64,000 bases of DNA from positions 197,373 to 261,372 of the forward strand of contig JBBTQW010000002.1 in the NCBI GenBank assembly GCA_038065495.1. The letters run 5' to 3'. Origin of the DNA: Patescibacteria group bacterium. GTDB taxonomy: Bacteria; Patescibacteriota; Minisyncoccia; Phycocordibacterales; JACOZG01. Of the stretch, positions 36,759-46,048 are shown in pieces (within the stretch, counting starts at the first letter, position 1; the number at the start of each line of letters is the position of its first letter). Both the position numbers and the translations under genes were made by a program. The notes under the pieces are model-generated. The model ran no database searches. It was not told the DNA's origin and saw nothing but the letters and a program-made list of their open reading frames with translations.

Positions 36759-38577
36759 AATCTTTCTTAATCCCCCGACTCAAACGCCGGGCTTCGGCTT
36801 CGTCAAGAATCATTTTTCTGATTCGCACATTCTGCGGCGTCACTTCTACCAGTTCATCATCGCCGATATATTCCAGCGCATCTTCCAGATTCATCGTCCG
36901 GGGTTTATCGAAGTGTTCGGTGCCACCATCACCTTTGCTGCGCATATTTGAGAGCTGTTTGGCTTTGCACACATTCACTGTTAAGTCACCGGGCCGAGAA
37001 TGTTCGCCCACCACCTGACCCTTGTACACAATCGCTCCAGGGCCGAAAAATAATGTCCCGCGTTCTTGCAAACTCACTAGAGAATACAGCAGTGCCTGAC
37101 CAGGATCAGAAGCCACCAGCGAACCGCGTTCTTTGTCGCCCCATTCTTTGTTATCCTCACGATAGCCGGAGAAGCTCGTGTTCATAATTCCCAAACCTTT
37201 GGTGTCTGTCAGAAACTCATTCCGGTAACCAAATAAGCCGCGCGTGGGCAAGAGGAACTGCAAGAAAGCCGTGCCACCTTCTAAGCGAAAGTCTTGCATC
37301 GTGCCATGACGCTTGCCTAATTTCTCAATTACCGCGCCGGAATAAATCTCTGGCACTTCGATAAACACTTCCTCAAACGGATAAAGTGTTTTGCCTTCCA
37401 CTTCTTTACTAATCACCTGCGGCCGCGACACTTGCAGCTCATAACCTTCGCGCCGCAATCTCTCAATTAAAATCGCCAAGTGTAGCTCGCCCCGACCGCA
37501 GACAATCCAGCCTTTGCCATCCGCCACGTCCTCCACTCTTAGCGCCATGTCATTCTCTAATTCTTTATGCAAACGCTCACGCAACTGCCGCGAAGTGGTG
37601 TATTCCCCCTCTTTCCCAGCCACTGGCGAATCGTTCGGTAGAATCGTAATTTTCACCGTTGGTTCTTCGATAGTGAGCAAAGGCAAAGCTTCCGGATTCG
37701 CCGGATCAGCGACTGTCTCGCCGATGGTAATATCAGAGATACCAGCCAGCGCCACAATGTCACCGGCTGAGACTTCGCTCGCTTCCACGCGTGTAAGACC
37801 ATCGAAAGTCATGAGCGAGGTCAAACGCGCTTTCTCCACCACGCCGAGCCGATTGATATGCGCAATTTCCTGTCCAGCTTTAATCTTGCCTCGATACACG
37901 CGTCCCACCGCAATCCGGCCTTTCCATTCATCGCCGAAGACGGTGGTAATGAGAATCTGCAGCGAACCATCAGAGTTGATCGCCGGCGGCGCGATTTTTT
38001 CTAAAATAATTGTGAAAACGGGCGTAATGTCCGTCATGCTCGCGAGATCTGGCTTGAGCCCCGCCACGCCCGCGCGGCCGGAAGCATAGATCACCGGGAA
38101 ATCCGCCTGTTCATCATTCGCGCCGAGTTCGAGAAATAATTCTAGAGTCTTGTCTAAAACATAATCAATTCGCGCATCCGGCTTATCAATTTTATTCACG
38201 ACCACAATAACTTTCAAACCCAGTGCCAGCGCTTTTTTCAAAACAAATCTGGTCTGCGGCATCGGACCTTCTTTGGCATCTACCAGCAAGAGCGCGCCGT
38301 CCGCCATTTTTAGAACTCGCTCCACTTCGCCACCGAAGTCCGCGTGCCCGGGCGTATCAATAATATTCACTTTCACACCTTCCCACTGCACACTCGCGTT
38401 CTTGGAGAAAATTGTAATGCCCCGCTCCCGCTCCAGATCATTGCTATCCATAATCAAATCGCCTTTCTCCTGCGTTTCTTTATCAATTTTCGTTTTACTC
38501 TGACGCAACAAAGCATCCACTAAGGTGGTTTTTCCATGATCGACGTGCGCAATTATAGCTACGTTTCGGATTTCCAT
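36757..38577 (-). CDS. typA: Translational GTPase TypA/BipA
   Basis: 606 aa. AHVDHGKTTL, DTPGHADF, NKIDK. BipA-specific C-terminal domain. Confidence 0.93.
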   Translation of the reverse strand: MEIRNVAIIAHVDHGKTTLVDALLRQSKTKIDKETQEKGDLIMDSNDLERERGITIFSKNASVQWEGVKVNIIDTPGHADFGGEVERVLKMADGALLLVDAKEGPMPQTRFVLKKALALGLKVIVVVNKIDKPDARIDYVLDKTLELFLELGANDEQADFPVIYASGRAGVAGLKPDLASMTDITPVFTIILEKIAPPAINSDGSLQILITTVFGDEWKGRIAVGRVYRGKIKAGQEIAHINRLGVVEKARLTSLMTFDGLTRVEASEVSAGDIVALAGISDITIGETVADPANPEALPLLTIEEPTVKITILPNDSPVAGKEGEYTTSRQLRERLHKELENDMALRVEDVADGKGWIVCGRGELHLAILIERLRREGYELQVSRPQVISKEVEGKTLYPFEEVFIEVPEIYSGAVIEKLGKRHGTMQDFRLEGGTAFLQFLLPTRGLFGYRNEFLTDTKGLGIMNTSFSGYREDNKEWGDKERGSLVASDPGQALLYSLVSLQERGTLFFGPGAIVYKGQVVGEHSRPGDLTVNVCKAKQLSNMRSKGDGGTEHFDKPRTMNLEDALEYIGDDELVEVTPQNVRIRKMILDEAEARRLSRGIKKD

Positions 38578-38662
38578 AATAATTTAAAAAATAAGCGACC
38601 CGCCTTCGCGAGAGCTATGGCGGGCAAGAAAATATAGCAGAAAAAATAATTTTTGGCAAATA

Positions 38663-38695
38663 AGAAAGCGCATCCGAGTGGATGCGCTTTTGATT
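38663..38695. terminator. Terminator hairpin (gcgcatccgagtggatgcgc) with U-tracts on both strands
   Basis: 8-bp stem with a 4-nt loop. ttttg follows on the plus strand, tttcttattt follows on the minus strand. Confidence 0.6.
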
Positions 38696-38717
38696 AGTTG
38701 GTCTGACCAACTTCGGA

Positions 38718-39160
38718 CTAAAGGTCCGTAGCAATGAAAACACCAGTCTGAATCCCTTCCCAACTTTCTTTGGGTTTAATTGTCCCCATGCGAATCCGGT
38801 GATAGAGATCACAGACGGTGATTCTATTTGGCCCCACAATCCCGAGACGGTGCATCATCTCCGGAGCACCCGTGGCGCCAACATCCAGCTGAGCACGAAC
38901 AGAACCAAATTCGTATATTCCCATCGCTCGGCGTGGAACAAGTGGGAAAGTTGTATGCCAGGAAACCTCTTCCACAAATCCCAAAACACCGAGCGGCAAG
39001 TCGACCGTATCAATGTTTGACCAAGAAAGATAGTACCTGTCGTGAACATCTTCCCTGATCGGAATGCCAAAAAAGACCCCCGCCCTCCAGATCCAGGCTC
39101 CGGTTTTCGAAAACCGGCACTGGTAAGAATTGACCTCCTAACATAAACGTTACAAGACAT
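38718..39160 (-). pseudogene. Disrupted gene remnant: a ~250-codon reading window broken into three frames, with an intact promoter and RBS
   Basis: Minus-strand promoter TTGACA-N17-TGaTAGGCT at 39303-39275. AAGGAG + ATG at 39160 (MSCNVYVRR...). After ~30 codons the longest frame switches at a gggggtcttttttggc homopolymer (around 39080) into ...GIPIREDVHDRYYLSWSNIDTVDLPLGVLGFVEEVSWHTTFPLVPRRAMGIYEFGSV...IATDL*, which has no start of its own. A third frame (LDLEGGGLFWHSDQG) overlaps the junction. Family not recognised with confidence; any MOSC-type beta-barrel resemblance is tentative. Confidence 0.4.
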
Positions 39161-39404
39161 ATCACTTGCTCCTTGCTGCTCGGTTTGCCGTAGAGGTTTC
39201 TGCCCCAGTCGGTACCAAAAGTCAGCTCTGACAAGGTCCACTTAGGCCAGAACAATCTGACCTGTCCAAACCTAAGCCTATCACAGACAGCTTTATTTGT
39301 CAAGCCCGCCGATGTGTCGGGCAGGCATTTTATCGTGTTTTTAGCAAGAAATGGCTAAGAATAAGGGTTTTTAGAGATTTTTTAGACAAAAAAATACGCC
39401 CCGG

Positions 39405-40316
39405 CTAGGTTGCCGGGGCGCGGGTCTGCGCAATCTTGCCATTTTCGCGATGAGCATCCGGCAAGGGATTCATATCCCAAATGATGCCGAGCTTCTCGAA
39501 CAAGCGCAGAATGTAGTAAGTCAGATCAATCTCCCACCAGTAGAAGCCCTGCCGCACAGTGGCCGGGTAATGATGGTGGTTATTGTGCCAACCCTCGCCC
39601 ATCGTGATGATGGCGAGGAAAAAGCTGTTCCGACTCTCATCACGAGTATCGTATCGCTTGCGACCCATTAGGTGCGCCAGCGAATTGATGGTGGACGTAG
39701 CGTGGAAGAGCACAACCGTGGAGATGAAGAACCCCCAGATCAGCATCTGCCAGCCACTTGTTTCCCACTCCGGTCGCCACACAGACAAAGCCTTACCAAG
39801 ACAGAACAAGCTCACCGCCAAGAGAACCGGCACCAGAGTGTCGAACCGGTTGAGAAAAACCAGTTCGGGGAACTTGGCTAGATCCGGCACAGCTTGGTAA
39901 TTGGTGGCCGCATTACGGCGAGAATTAATCCAGCCCATATGCGCCCAGGGAAAGCTGTGCTCATGAGGCGAGTGTGGATCGTCAGGATCGTCAGAGTGGC
40001 GATGATGATGGCGATGATGCGCCGCCCACCACAATGGACCTTTCTGTGTGCAAGTTCCGCCCCACAACGCCATGAAGAATTGCGCCACGCGTGAGGTTTT
40101 GTATGTGCGATGAGAGAAGTACCGGTGATAGATCCCGGTTACGGCAAACATCCGGAACCAATACAGCCCGAAGGCCACACTCACAGCCACCCAACTCCAG
40201 CCGACCCAGATCACAGCAAAACACGCCAAGTGCATTGCAAAAAACGGAATCGAACGGAGCCAGTCAATCTCGTACGGATTTCCCAGCTCACTCTCAATCT
40301 TTGGCAGAGTAGCCAT
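39405..40316 (-). CDS. Membrane fatty-acid (acyl-CoA/acyl-lipid) desaturase
   Basis: 303 aa. Three histidine boxes: HRYFSH, HHRHHHRHSD/HSPHEH, and HNNHHHYP. About four transmembrane helices. The terminator hairpin overlaps the stop codon. Confidence 0.85.
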   Translation of the reverse strand: MATLPKIESELGNPYEIDWLRSIPFFAMHLACFAVIWVGWSWVAVSVAFGLYWFRMFAVTGIYHRYFSHRTYKTSRVAQFFMALWGGTCTQKGPLWWAAHHRHHHRHSDDPDDPHSPHEHSFPWAHMGWINSRRNAATNYQAVPDLAKFPELVFLNRFDTLVPVLLAVSLFCLGKALSVWRPEWETSGWQMLIWGFFISTVVLFHATSTINSLAHLMGRKRYDTRDESRNSFFLAIITMGEGWHNNHHHYPATVRQGFYWWEIDLTYYILRLFEKLGIIWDMNPLPDAHRENGKIAQTRAPAT

Positions 40317-40486
40317 CGTATCGCCTCCTTTCTAGTAGAGGAAGAAAAAGTTTTAGTTGACAGAGAACACGCAACACAAGAGCAAAAACTAAGCTGATTT
40401 TAACACAAATTAGGTAAATTAGACACAAAAAAAATACTCTGGTTTAACCAGAGTATTTTTTGTGTAGTAGAACAACTAACCGGTAA

Positions 40487-40804
40487 TTACCAGTTGCTGC
40501 CGCCACCACCATTACCACCGCGATCGAAACCGCCATTGCGGCGAGGAGGACGAGCCTCCAGTGGGCGGGCTTCATTGACGGTCAACTTGCGACCTTCAAA
40601 ATCTTTCCCGTTCCACATTTCGATAGCTTTGTCGGCCTCTTCATCAGTGACCATTTGGACGAACCCGAAGCCTTTTGAGCGACCAGTCATCCGATCCATG
40701 ATGATGTTAGCAGACTCTACATTACCAGCCTGAGCGAAAGCGCTTTTCAACGCTTCGTCCGTGGTGCTGTAGGGCAAACCGCCGACATATAATTTCTTAG
40801 CCAT
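40487..40804 (-). CDS. Glycine-rich RNA-binding protein (RRM domain)
   Basis: 105 aa. RNP-2 LYVGGL, RNP-1 KGFGFVQM, Gly/Arg-rich tail. Consensus promoter TTGACA-N16-TATACT at 40937-40910 on the minus strand. Confidence 0.88.
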   Translation of the reverse strand: MAKKLYVGGLPYSTTDEALKSAFAQAGNVESANIIMDRMTGRSKGFGFVQMVTDEEADKAIEMWNGKDFEGRKLTVNEARPLEARPPRRNGGFDRGGNGGGGSNW

Positions 40805-41199
40805 TTATTGTGTATTTTTTACCAATTTTGTAAGGCGACCCTTTCTCCTGGTTCTTCCTTACGCCACTAGTGCGAAAGAATACATCGCGAGAAAACACTT
40901 ACATCGTCAAGTATAGCAAATGGTCAGATTTTGTCAAGTACCCAGTCTGCTGTGGATAAAGTGGGGAAATCTAGACAAAACTACCAGCGCAAAGGACCCA
41001 GCCCGTTGCCGAGCCAGATCCCCGCCTGATAAATAGAGACTGAGGGAAAGTTCCTCATTGTGCATATAGTGGTTCCCGCAACCGCGTCGTCAGAGCTAAT
41101 TAAGAACGCGACAACGTGGCAATTTGGGATCCAAAGTTAATGATATTGCTAGGAACATCCTCCGCCTCTACTAATAATAACGTTTGAGAAGCTAGAATC

Positions 41200-42591
41200 T
41201 TACAACTTTTCCACCAACATTTTCTGCAACACTTCCGGATTCGCACTGCCTTTACTCGCTTTCATCCCCTGACCAACCAAGAACTGGAGCGCACTCGCTT
41301 TCCCCGCTTTATAATCAGCCACCACTTTTGCATTATCAGTAATAATTTTCTCAATAATCTCTGTCAGATCAACAGCAACAGTTACTTCAGCGGTTTTTCC
41401 TTCTTCTACCAATAATTTAATCTGGTCTTTCGCTTGTCTAGAATTAATTTTTTTAGCGCCAAATAAGTTCACAATCTTTGCGAAGTTACCAGAATCAGGC
41501 AGTTTGAGTTTAGAATCTTTTTTCAATAATCCCAGCACATCGTTGGTAATAAAATTAGAAGCGAGTACCACAAAGTCTTTATTTTCTAATTCTGGAATTA
41601 GTTTCTCGAAAAATTCATCTAACTCTAGATCACTCACGAAGACTTCGATATCTTCGCTCTTGATGCCATAATCTCGCGCATATCTTTCTCTTTTCTGCGT
41701 TGGTAACTCCGGCAGAGTTTTAGTTAAATTTTCCACACTAAATTCAGCAATTTCTGACAACTTCAATTTTGGCAAATCCGGATCAGGAAAATACCGGTAA
41801 TCATGCGAAGATTCTTTCTTCCGTTGTGAGAAAGTAACTTGCTTGGCATCATCCCAACCGCGCGTCTCTTGCACTACCTTCTCGCCACTTTCTAGAACTT
41901 CTTTCTGTCTCACCAATTCATATTCAATCGCGCGTTCTACCGACCTAAAAGAGTTGAGATTTTTCACTTCTACTTTTGTCCCCCTTTCTCCAGGTTTAGC
42001 AATAGAAATATTCGCTTCCACGCGCATCTCACCCTTCTCCATATTCGCTTCTGAAACATCTAAATATCGCAAGAGCAACTGAAATTCTCTGGCAAAGTCG
42101 CCCGCTTGCTTGGCACTCGTAATCACCGGCTCGGTCACCAGCTCCATCAGCGGCACACCAGCACGATTGAAGTCGACTAAACTCTCGCCGTCTTTCTCAT
42201 CAGAGTGCTGATTCCGCGCTGTGTCTTCTTCAAGATGGATTCTCGTCAGCTCCACGCCATTTAATTTCCCGCCCGAAACAAGCGGAAACTGATACTGACT
42301 AATCTGATAACCTTTCGGAATATCCGGATAGAAGTAATTTTTCCGATCAAATTCTGTATAATCAGCCAGCTTTCCGCCCAGAGCGAGACCGACGCGCAAG
42401 ACATGTTCGACGGCTTTTTTATTAATCGTCGGCAAAGTGCCAGGATGCGCGAGGCAAACCGGGCAGATGTTGATATTTGGTTTAGGCGCGTCCGGATCGT
42501 TCTTGCTCCGGCAGAACATCTTCGTCGCCGTCTTGAGCTCCGCATGCACTTCCAAGCCAATCGTCAACACTAATTCAGAATTTTCTGCCAT
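41200..42591 (-). CDS. gatB: Asp-tRNA(Asn)/Glu-tRNA(Gln) amidotransferase subunit B
   Basis: 463 aa. N-terminal GatB catalytic domain (GLEVHAEL...CPVCLAHPG). C-terminal YqeY-like tail domain. Confidence 0.92.
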   Translation of the reverse strand: MAENSELVLTIGLEVHAELKTATKMFCRSKNDPDAPKPNINICPVCLAHPGTLPTINKKAVEHVLRVGLALGGKLADYTEFDRKNYFYPDIPKGYQISQYQFPLVSGGKLNGVELTRIHLEEDTARNQHSDEKDGESLVDFNRAGVPLMELVTEPVITSAKQAGDFAREFQLLLRYLDVSEANMEKGEMRVEANISIAKPGERGTKVEVKNLNSFRSVERAIEYELVRQKEVLESGEKVVQETRGWDDAKQVTFSQRKKESSHDYRYFPDPDLPKLKLSEIAEFSVENLTKTLPELPTQKRERYARDYGIKSEDIEVFVSDLELDEFFEKLIPELENKDFVVLASNFITNDVLGLLKKDSKLKLPDSGNFAKIVNLFGAKKINSRQAKDQIKLLVEEGKTAEVTVAVDLTEIIEKIITDNAKVVADYKAGKASALQFLVGQGMKASKGSANPEVLQKMLVEKL

Positions 42592-42625
42592 AATTATCCG
42601 TCAACTTTATCACAATTTTAGACAT

Positions 42626-42812
42626 AAAAAAACCGGCCGCCACACTCTCGCACTAGTGGGCGACCGGACCTGGAGCCAGCCTAACTGGTACCCAGGAGCA
42701 TGTATCGTTAGCTTGCAATGCAAGCCAGAAAGAGCAAATTAATTGCGGAGGAGTCAGATGAACTGAAACATCGCGGGGTGTCCACCTGACTCCTCCATGC
42801 ACACTACCGACT
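42626..42812 (-). ncRNA. Candidate small RNA (~190 nt) with its own promoter and intrinsic terminator, upstream of gatB
   Basis: Minus strand: TTGACA at 42848-42843, extended -10 TGaTAGGCT at 42827-42819. Internal hairpins GGAGGAGUCAG...CUGACUCCUCC and GCUUGCAUUGCAAGC. Terminator stem at 42667-42633 followed by U7 (42632-42626). No ORF longer than 14 codons. Family not identified. Confidence 0.4.
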
Positions 42813-42866
42813 ACTCCCAGCCTATCACCAAGGCTATTTTTATGTCAAATCTTTGCAAATAAAAAA

Positions 42867-42900
42867 AGCCACCCCAACCAAAGCTCGGGGTGGCCGGCTA
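42867..42900 (-). terminator. Intrinsic terminator of murB (gccacccc...ggggtggc + U7 on the minus strand)
   Basis: 8-bp GC stem with an 11-nt loop. A7 on the plus strand is a U-tract on the minus strand, immediately after the murB stop. Confidence 0.65.
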
Positions 42901-42953
42901 GAGCCAACGCGGGGGAACGTACAGCGCGAGGCACAGCCTGTCATCCAGATTCA

Positions 42954-43961
42954 TTATAACATATACCTCACCTCCTCCTCCAGTTTTATCCCAAATTTTT
43001 TCCAGACTTTATTTTTTAACAAATTAGCCAGTTTTTTTACATCTTTCGCTGTGCCACCGCCGTCATTGATGATCAAATTGCCATGCCAGTCAGAAACATG
43101 AATCGCGCCGGCTCTCATGTTGAGCGCGCCGGATTTTTCCAGTAACCAGCCGGTGTTTATTTTCCCATCTCTAATTTTACTAGCATCAACTTTCTGCAAA
43201 CTTTTTTTGCTCACATCTCGCACTAAAACATTTTTAAAAAAACTGCCCGGGCACTTTAAATTTTTCGGATATCTCTTCAGTCTAGTCTGTATAATCTCGC
43301 GTGATTTTTTCTGCAATTCTATTTTATTTCCCTTCTCTAACAAAAATTCTGCGCTCAAGATTAAATAATCTTTTGCCAGTTTAGTTTTGAAAATGCTATT
43401 TCTGTATGCAAATTTACAAGCTTGCTTGCTAATTTTTCTAATTCCGCCACCTGTCCTGAGCGCAGTCGAAGGGTCAAAAATCTGCACAGAAATTAGCTTG
43501 TCAGAAATAGCTTGTCCGTAAGCGCCGGCATTGCCCACCAGCGCGCCACCCACGGTGCCTGGGATGCCCGACAAGGCCTCCAGACCAGCCAAGCCGTGCC
43601 CAAGACTACTCTCGACCAAGCTCATCAGGGTGAGGCTTGCAGGCACTATCAGGCTCACTCTAGAGCCACTGTTTCTGAGGCTAATCTTAGCCTTTTTGCT
43701 ATTTTTACTTTTAGCGAGAAACTGGATCAGCAAACCGTGATAATCAGTATCAGCAAAGACGAGATTACTCCCGCCGGCGATAACGCGAAATGGAATCTCC
43801 AGAGCTCGCGCAAGCTTTACTATTTTTATTAACTCTTCAGCCTCGCTAATCTGCACATAATAATCAGCTCGACCTCTACCAACTTGGAAAGTAGTTAAAC
43901 TAGCCAGTGAAACATCACGTTTAAACAAAAACGGTGAGCCAGATTTAGAAGCGCTTGTCAT
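42954..43961 (-). CDS. murB: UDP-N-acetylenolpyruvoylglucosamine reductase MurB
   Basis: 335 aa. FAD-binding PCMH domain (FRVIAGGSNLVFAD). C-terminal MurB_C (GAIHVSDWHGNLIINDGGGTAKD). Confidence 0.85.
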   Translation of the reverse strand: MTSASKSGSPFLFKRDVSLASLTTFQVGRGRADYYVQISEAEELIKIVKLARALEIPFRVIAGGSNLVFADTDYHGLLIQFLAKSKNSKKAKISLRNSGSRVSLIVPASLTLMSLVESSLGHGLAGLEALSGIPGTVGGALVGNAGAYGQAISDKLISVQIFDPSTALRTGGGIRKISKQACKFAYRNSIFKTKLAKDYLILSAEFLLEKGNKIELQKKSREIIQTRLKRYPKNLKCPGSFFKNVLVRDVSKKSLQKVDASKIRDGKINTGWLLEKSGALNMRAGAIHVSDWHGNLIINDGGGTAKDVKKLANLLKNKVWKKFGIKLEEEVRYML

Positions 43962-44059
43962 AACAGTAGAACAAGCCGAGAAAGATCAGTCCGGAAATTA
44001 AAATAACGCTGATTTGCAGAGCAAGCATCAGCGTTATTTTAACATAAATTATTTAGTTT

Positions 44060-44950
44060 TTAAGCTTGAGAGAGAACGCGGAAGAAATATTGCGTATTGG
44101 GCGTGAGGCCAGTGAGCGTCACAGAGTGTTCGGTGACTTTTGGCTCGGTATTGCTCGTGACAGTCGAGTGAGCATAATCATAATTTGGCACATGAGTGAG
44201 ATCAATCGTCGGATGAGAAACGGTGTCGTAGATCACGCGGCTATCGGCTGGGATATTGGTCGTCCAGTGCACTACCGCGCTAGTCTGAGTAATGCCGTCC
44301 ACGTGGATATTACTGATGACAGGAGCAACACCAGTTGTGCCGGCGGTGACATTGAGCGTCACAGAATCAAAACTAGAACCGCCCGCGCCCGTGCAAGTGA
44401 GCGTGTAAGTGAGAGCGCCAACGGTATTAAGCGTGCCAGTAGATTCCGAACTATTGACTGGTTTAGAACCAGACCAAGAACCCGAAGCAGCACAGCTAGT
44501 AGCGTTCGTGCTCGTCCAGCTCAAGGTCGCGCTGGTGCCAGTAGCTACTGTAAGAGGACCATTGCCACCGTTTACCAATAAATTAACCGTTGGCGCAGTG
44601 GGAGTTGTTACGGCATTAACATTGATCGTACGAGAAACACTAGCCTGAGCCCCATCATGGTCAGCAACTGTGAGTGTCACTGTCTTAGAACCAGCTTCGG
44701 TATAAGTTTTACTAAAAGTATCGCCAGCACCAAAAGAACCATCTCCAAAGTTCCAAACATAAGAATAAAAAACGGCATTACCGCCAGAAGCAGAGCCGAC
44801 AAAGTTAAACGGTTGACCAACTGTTAAATTAGCGCCGGCAACCGGGCTAACGATATTAGCAGTGAGAGCTTGCTGGGCTATAGCCGGAGCAACGGCAAAA
44901 CCGCCAAAAATAAGGCTAATAATGACTAATTGGGCAAAAATGTTTTTCAT
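44060..44950 (-). CDS. Secreted PKD-domain + fibronectin-III-like repeat protein
   Basis: Start trimmed to MKNIFAQLVIISLIFGG (signal peptide). WNFGDGS is the PKD signature. C-terminal Fn3-like module (PNTQYFFRV). Followed by a bidirectional terminator hairpin at about 43990-44030. Confidence 0.7.
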   Translation of the reverse strand: MKNIFAQLVIISLIFGGFAVAPAIAQQALTANIVSPVAGANLTVGQPFNFVGSASGGNAVFYSYVWNFGDGSFGAGDTFSKTYTEAGSKTVTLTVADHDGAQASVSRTINVNAVTTPTAPTVNLLVNGGNGPLTVATGTSATLSWTSTNATSCAASGSWSGSKPVNSSESTGTLNTVGALTYTLTCTGAGGSSFDSVTLNVTAGTTGVAPVISNIHVDGITQTSAVVHWTTNIPADSRVIYDTVSHPTIDLTHVPNYDYAHSTVTSNTEPKVTEHSVTLTGLTPNTQYFFRVLSQA

Positions 44951-45083
44951 ACCTATATAGCTACCATATCGCTCAAAAAAATGCAAGTGTTTACTGTAAA
45001 ATGTTCCGGCAATAAAAAAACCGTTTGCACCCTGGGGGAATGCAGACGGTTGTTGCTAAAACCAATCGGTTAGTCGATAAAGA

Positions 45084-45935
45084 CTAAGGATTGGTCTGAG
45101 TCTTAACGATCCGATGCTCGATCTGACCATCAGCAGAGGTCACCTGCACCAAATTCTCCCTGAAGCCCGTTGTCGCAAGATCGAGAGGATCGACAACAAG
45201 AGAAAAGGTGCGCAAGTTACCCAGTGGTTCGATCAAACGACGATTGTCGTAAGTGTCTACCTGCAGAATAAACGGTGGACTTCCGCCGACGATGTTGCCA
45301 CTGAAGGTCATTGCTCCTCCCACATGCAGAGTCTGCATATCAGTCGGGCTAGTGAGATTGATCTCCAGCGTCGCAGGATTATTCGGCTCTGGCGGATTGG
45401 GATTATTCGCGAGAACAATCACCAACACCCAAACTTGAGCATAGCCGGTGTTATCTTGGATGATAACGATGTACCGACCGGAGCCTGGCGGGAACCAAGT
45501 AAAGCGCAAGCTACTGCACAAGAGATTCATTTGCGCCACCATTGGACCCGGTCGCCACTCGTTGCCAGTCTGCACACCGGGGCCATAGACTTGGGCTATG
45601 GCCGAAGTCGCAGAAGGCCGGCACTGGAACAAGCCAGTGAAATCAGGGGTCAGACTACCGCCCGACCAACTGAACACTCCACCGGGAAACAAGACGCCGT
45701 TGATGGTATAGCCGCCAGTCTCGATTGGCATGGGCATTGGGCTGGCGTTGGGAGGAGGATTGGGTTGACCTCCATCACCTGGACAAATGAGCCACAAGAA
45801 TGGCGAGACGCCTCCCACCGCTGCGCAAACTTCAACATCTGGATTTTGCCCCGGTTGAGTGCAGCTCACTCCCATCAAGGGCGAAACGCCCACCACACAA
45901 CACAGCAATAACACCGATTTCTTAAACCAAAACAT
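45084..45935 (-). CDS. Secreted Pro/Gly-rich hypothetical protein
   Basis: 283 aa. N-terminal signal peptide with Cys. Promoter TTGACA on the minus strand at about 46040-46010. The 265-aa plus-strand ORF opposite it is Arg-rich antisense noise. Confidence 0.55.
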   Translation of the reverse strand: MFWFKKSVLLLCCVVGVSPLMGVSCTQPGQNPDVEVCAAVGGVSPFLWLICPGDGGQPNPPPNASPMPMPIETGGYTINGVLFPGGVFSWSGGSLTPDFTGLFQCRPSATSAIAQVYGPGVQTGNEWRPGPMVAQMNLLCSSLRFTWFPPGSGRYIVIIQDNTGYAQVWVLVIVLANNPNPPEPNNPATLEINLTSPTDMQTLHVGGAMTFSGNIVGGSPPFILQVDTYDNRRLIEPLGNLRTFSLVVDPLDLATTGFRENLVQVTSADGQIEHRIVKTQTNP

Positions 45936-46048
45936 CGCTCACTCTCCTTTTGGCCAAGTCATTGGCCGTTTAGGGATTACGAATCTGGACTGAAAGTCTT
46001 TGAGCACACGTCAAAGAACAATGTTTACTATCTACATAACTATCAAAA

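Noticed and set aside
42626-42812. T-box riboswitch controlling gatB
   Set aside because: The conserved T-box sequence (AGGGUGGNACCGCG) and a specifier-loop/GA-motif Stem I are absent. Only a loose GGGUACC resemblance is present.
44066-44581. 171-aa plus-strand ORF inside the PKD-protein gene
   Set aside because: Antisense artefact (Arg-rich, no RBS). The minus-strand product has recognisable PKD and Fn3 signatures.
45114-45911. 265-aa plus-strand ORF antisense to the secreted protein gene 45084-45935
   Set aside because: The Arg/His-rich low-complexity translation is typical of antisense reading of a GC-rich gene. The minus-strand ORF has a signal peptide and its own consensus promoter.
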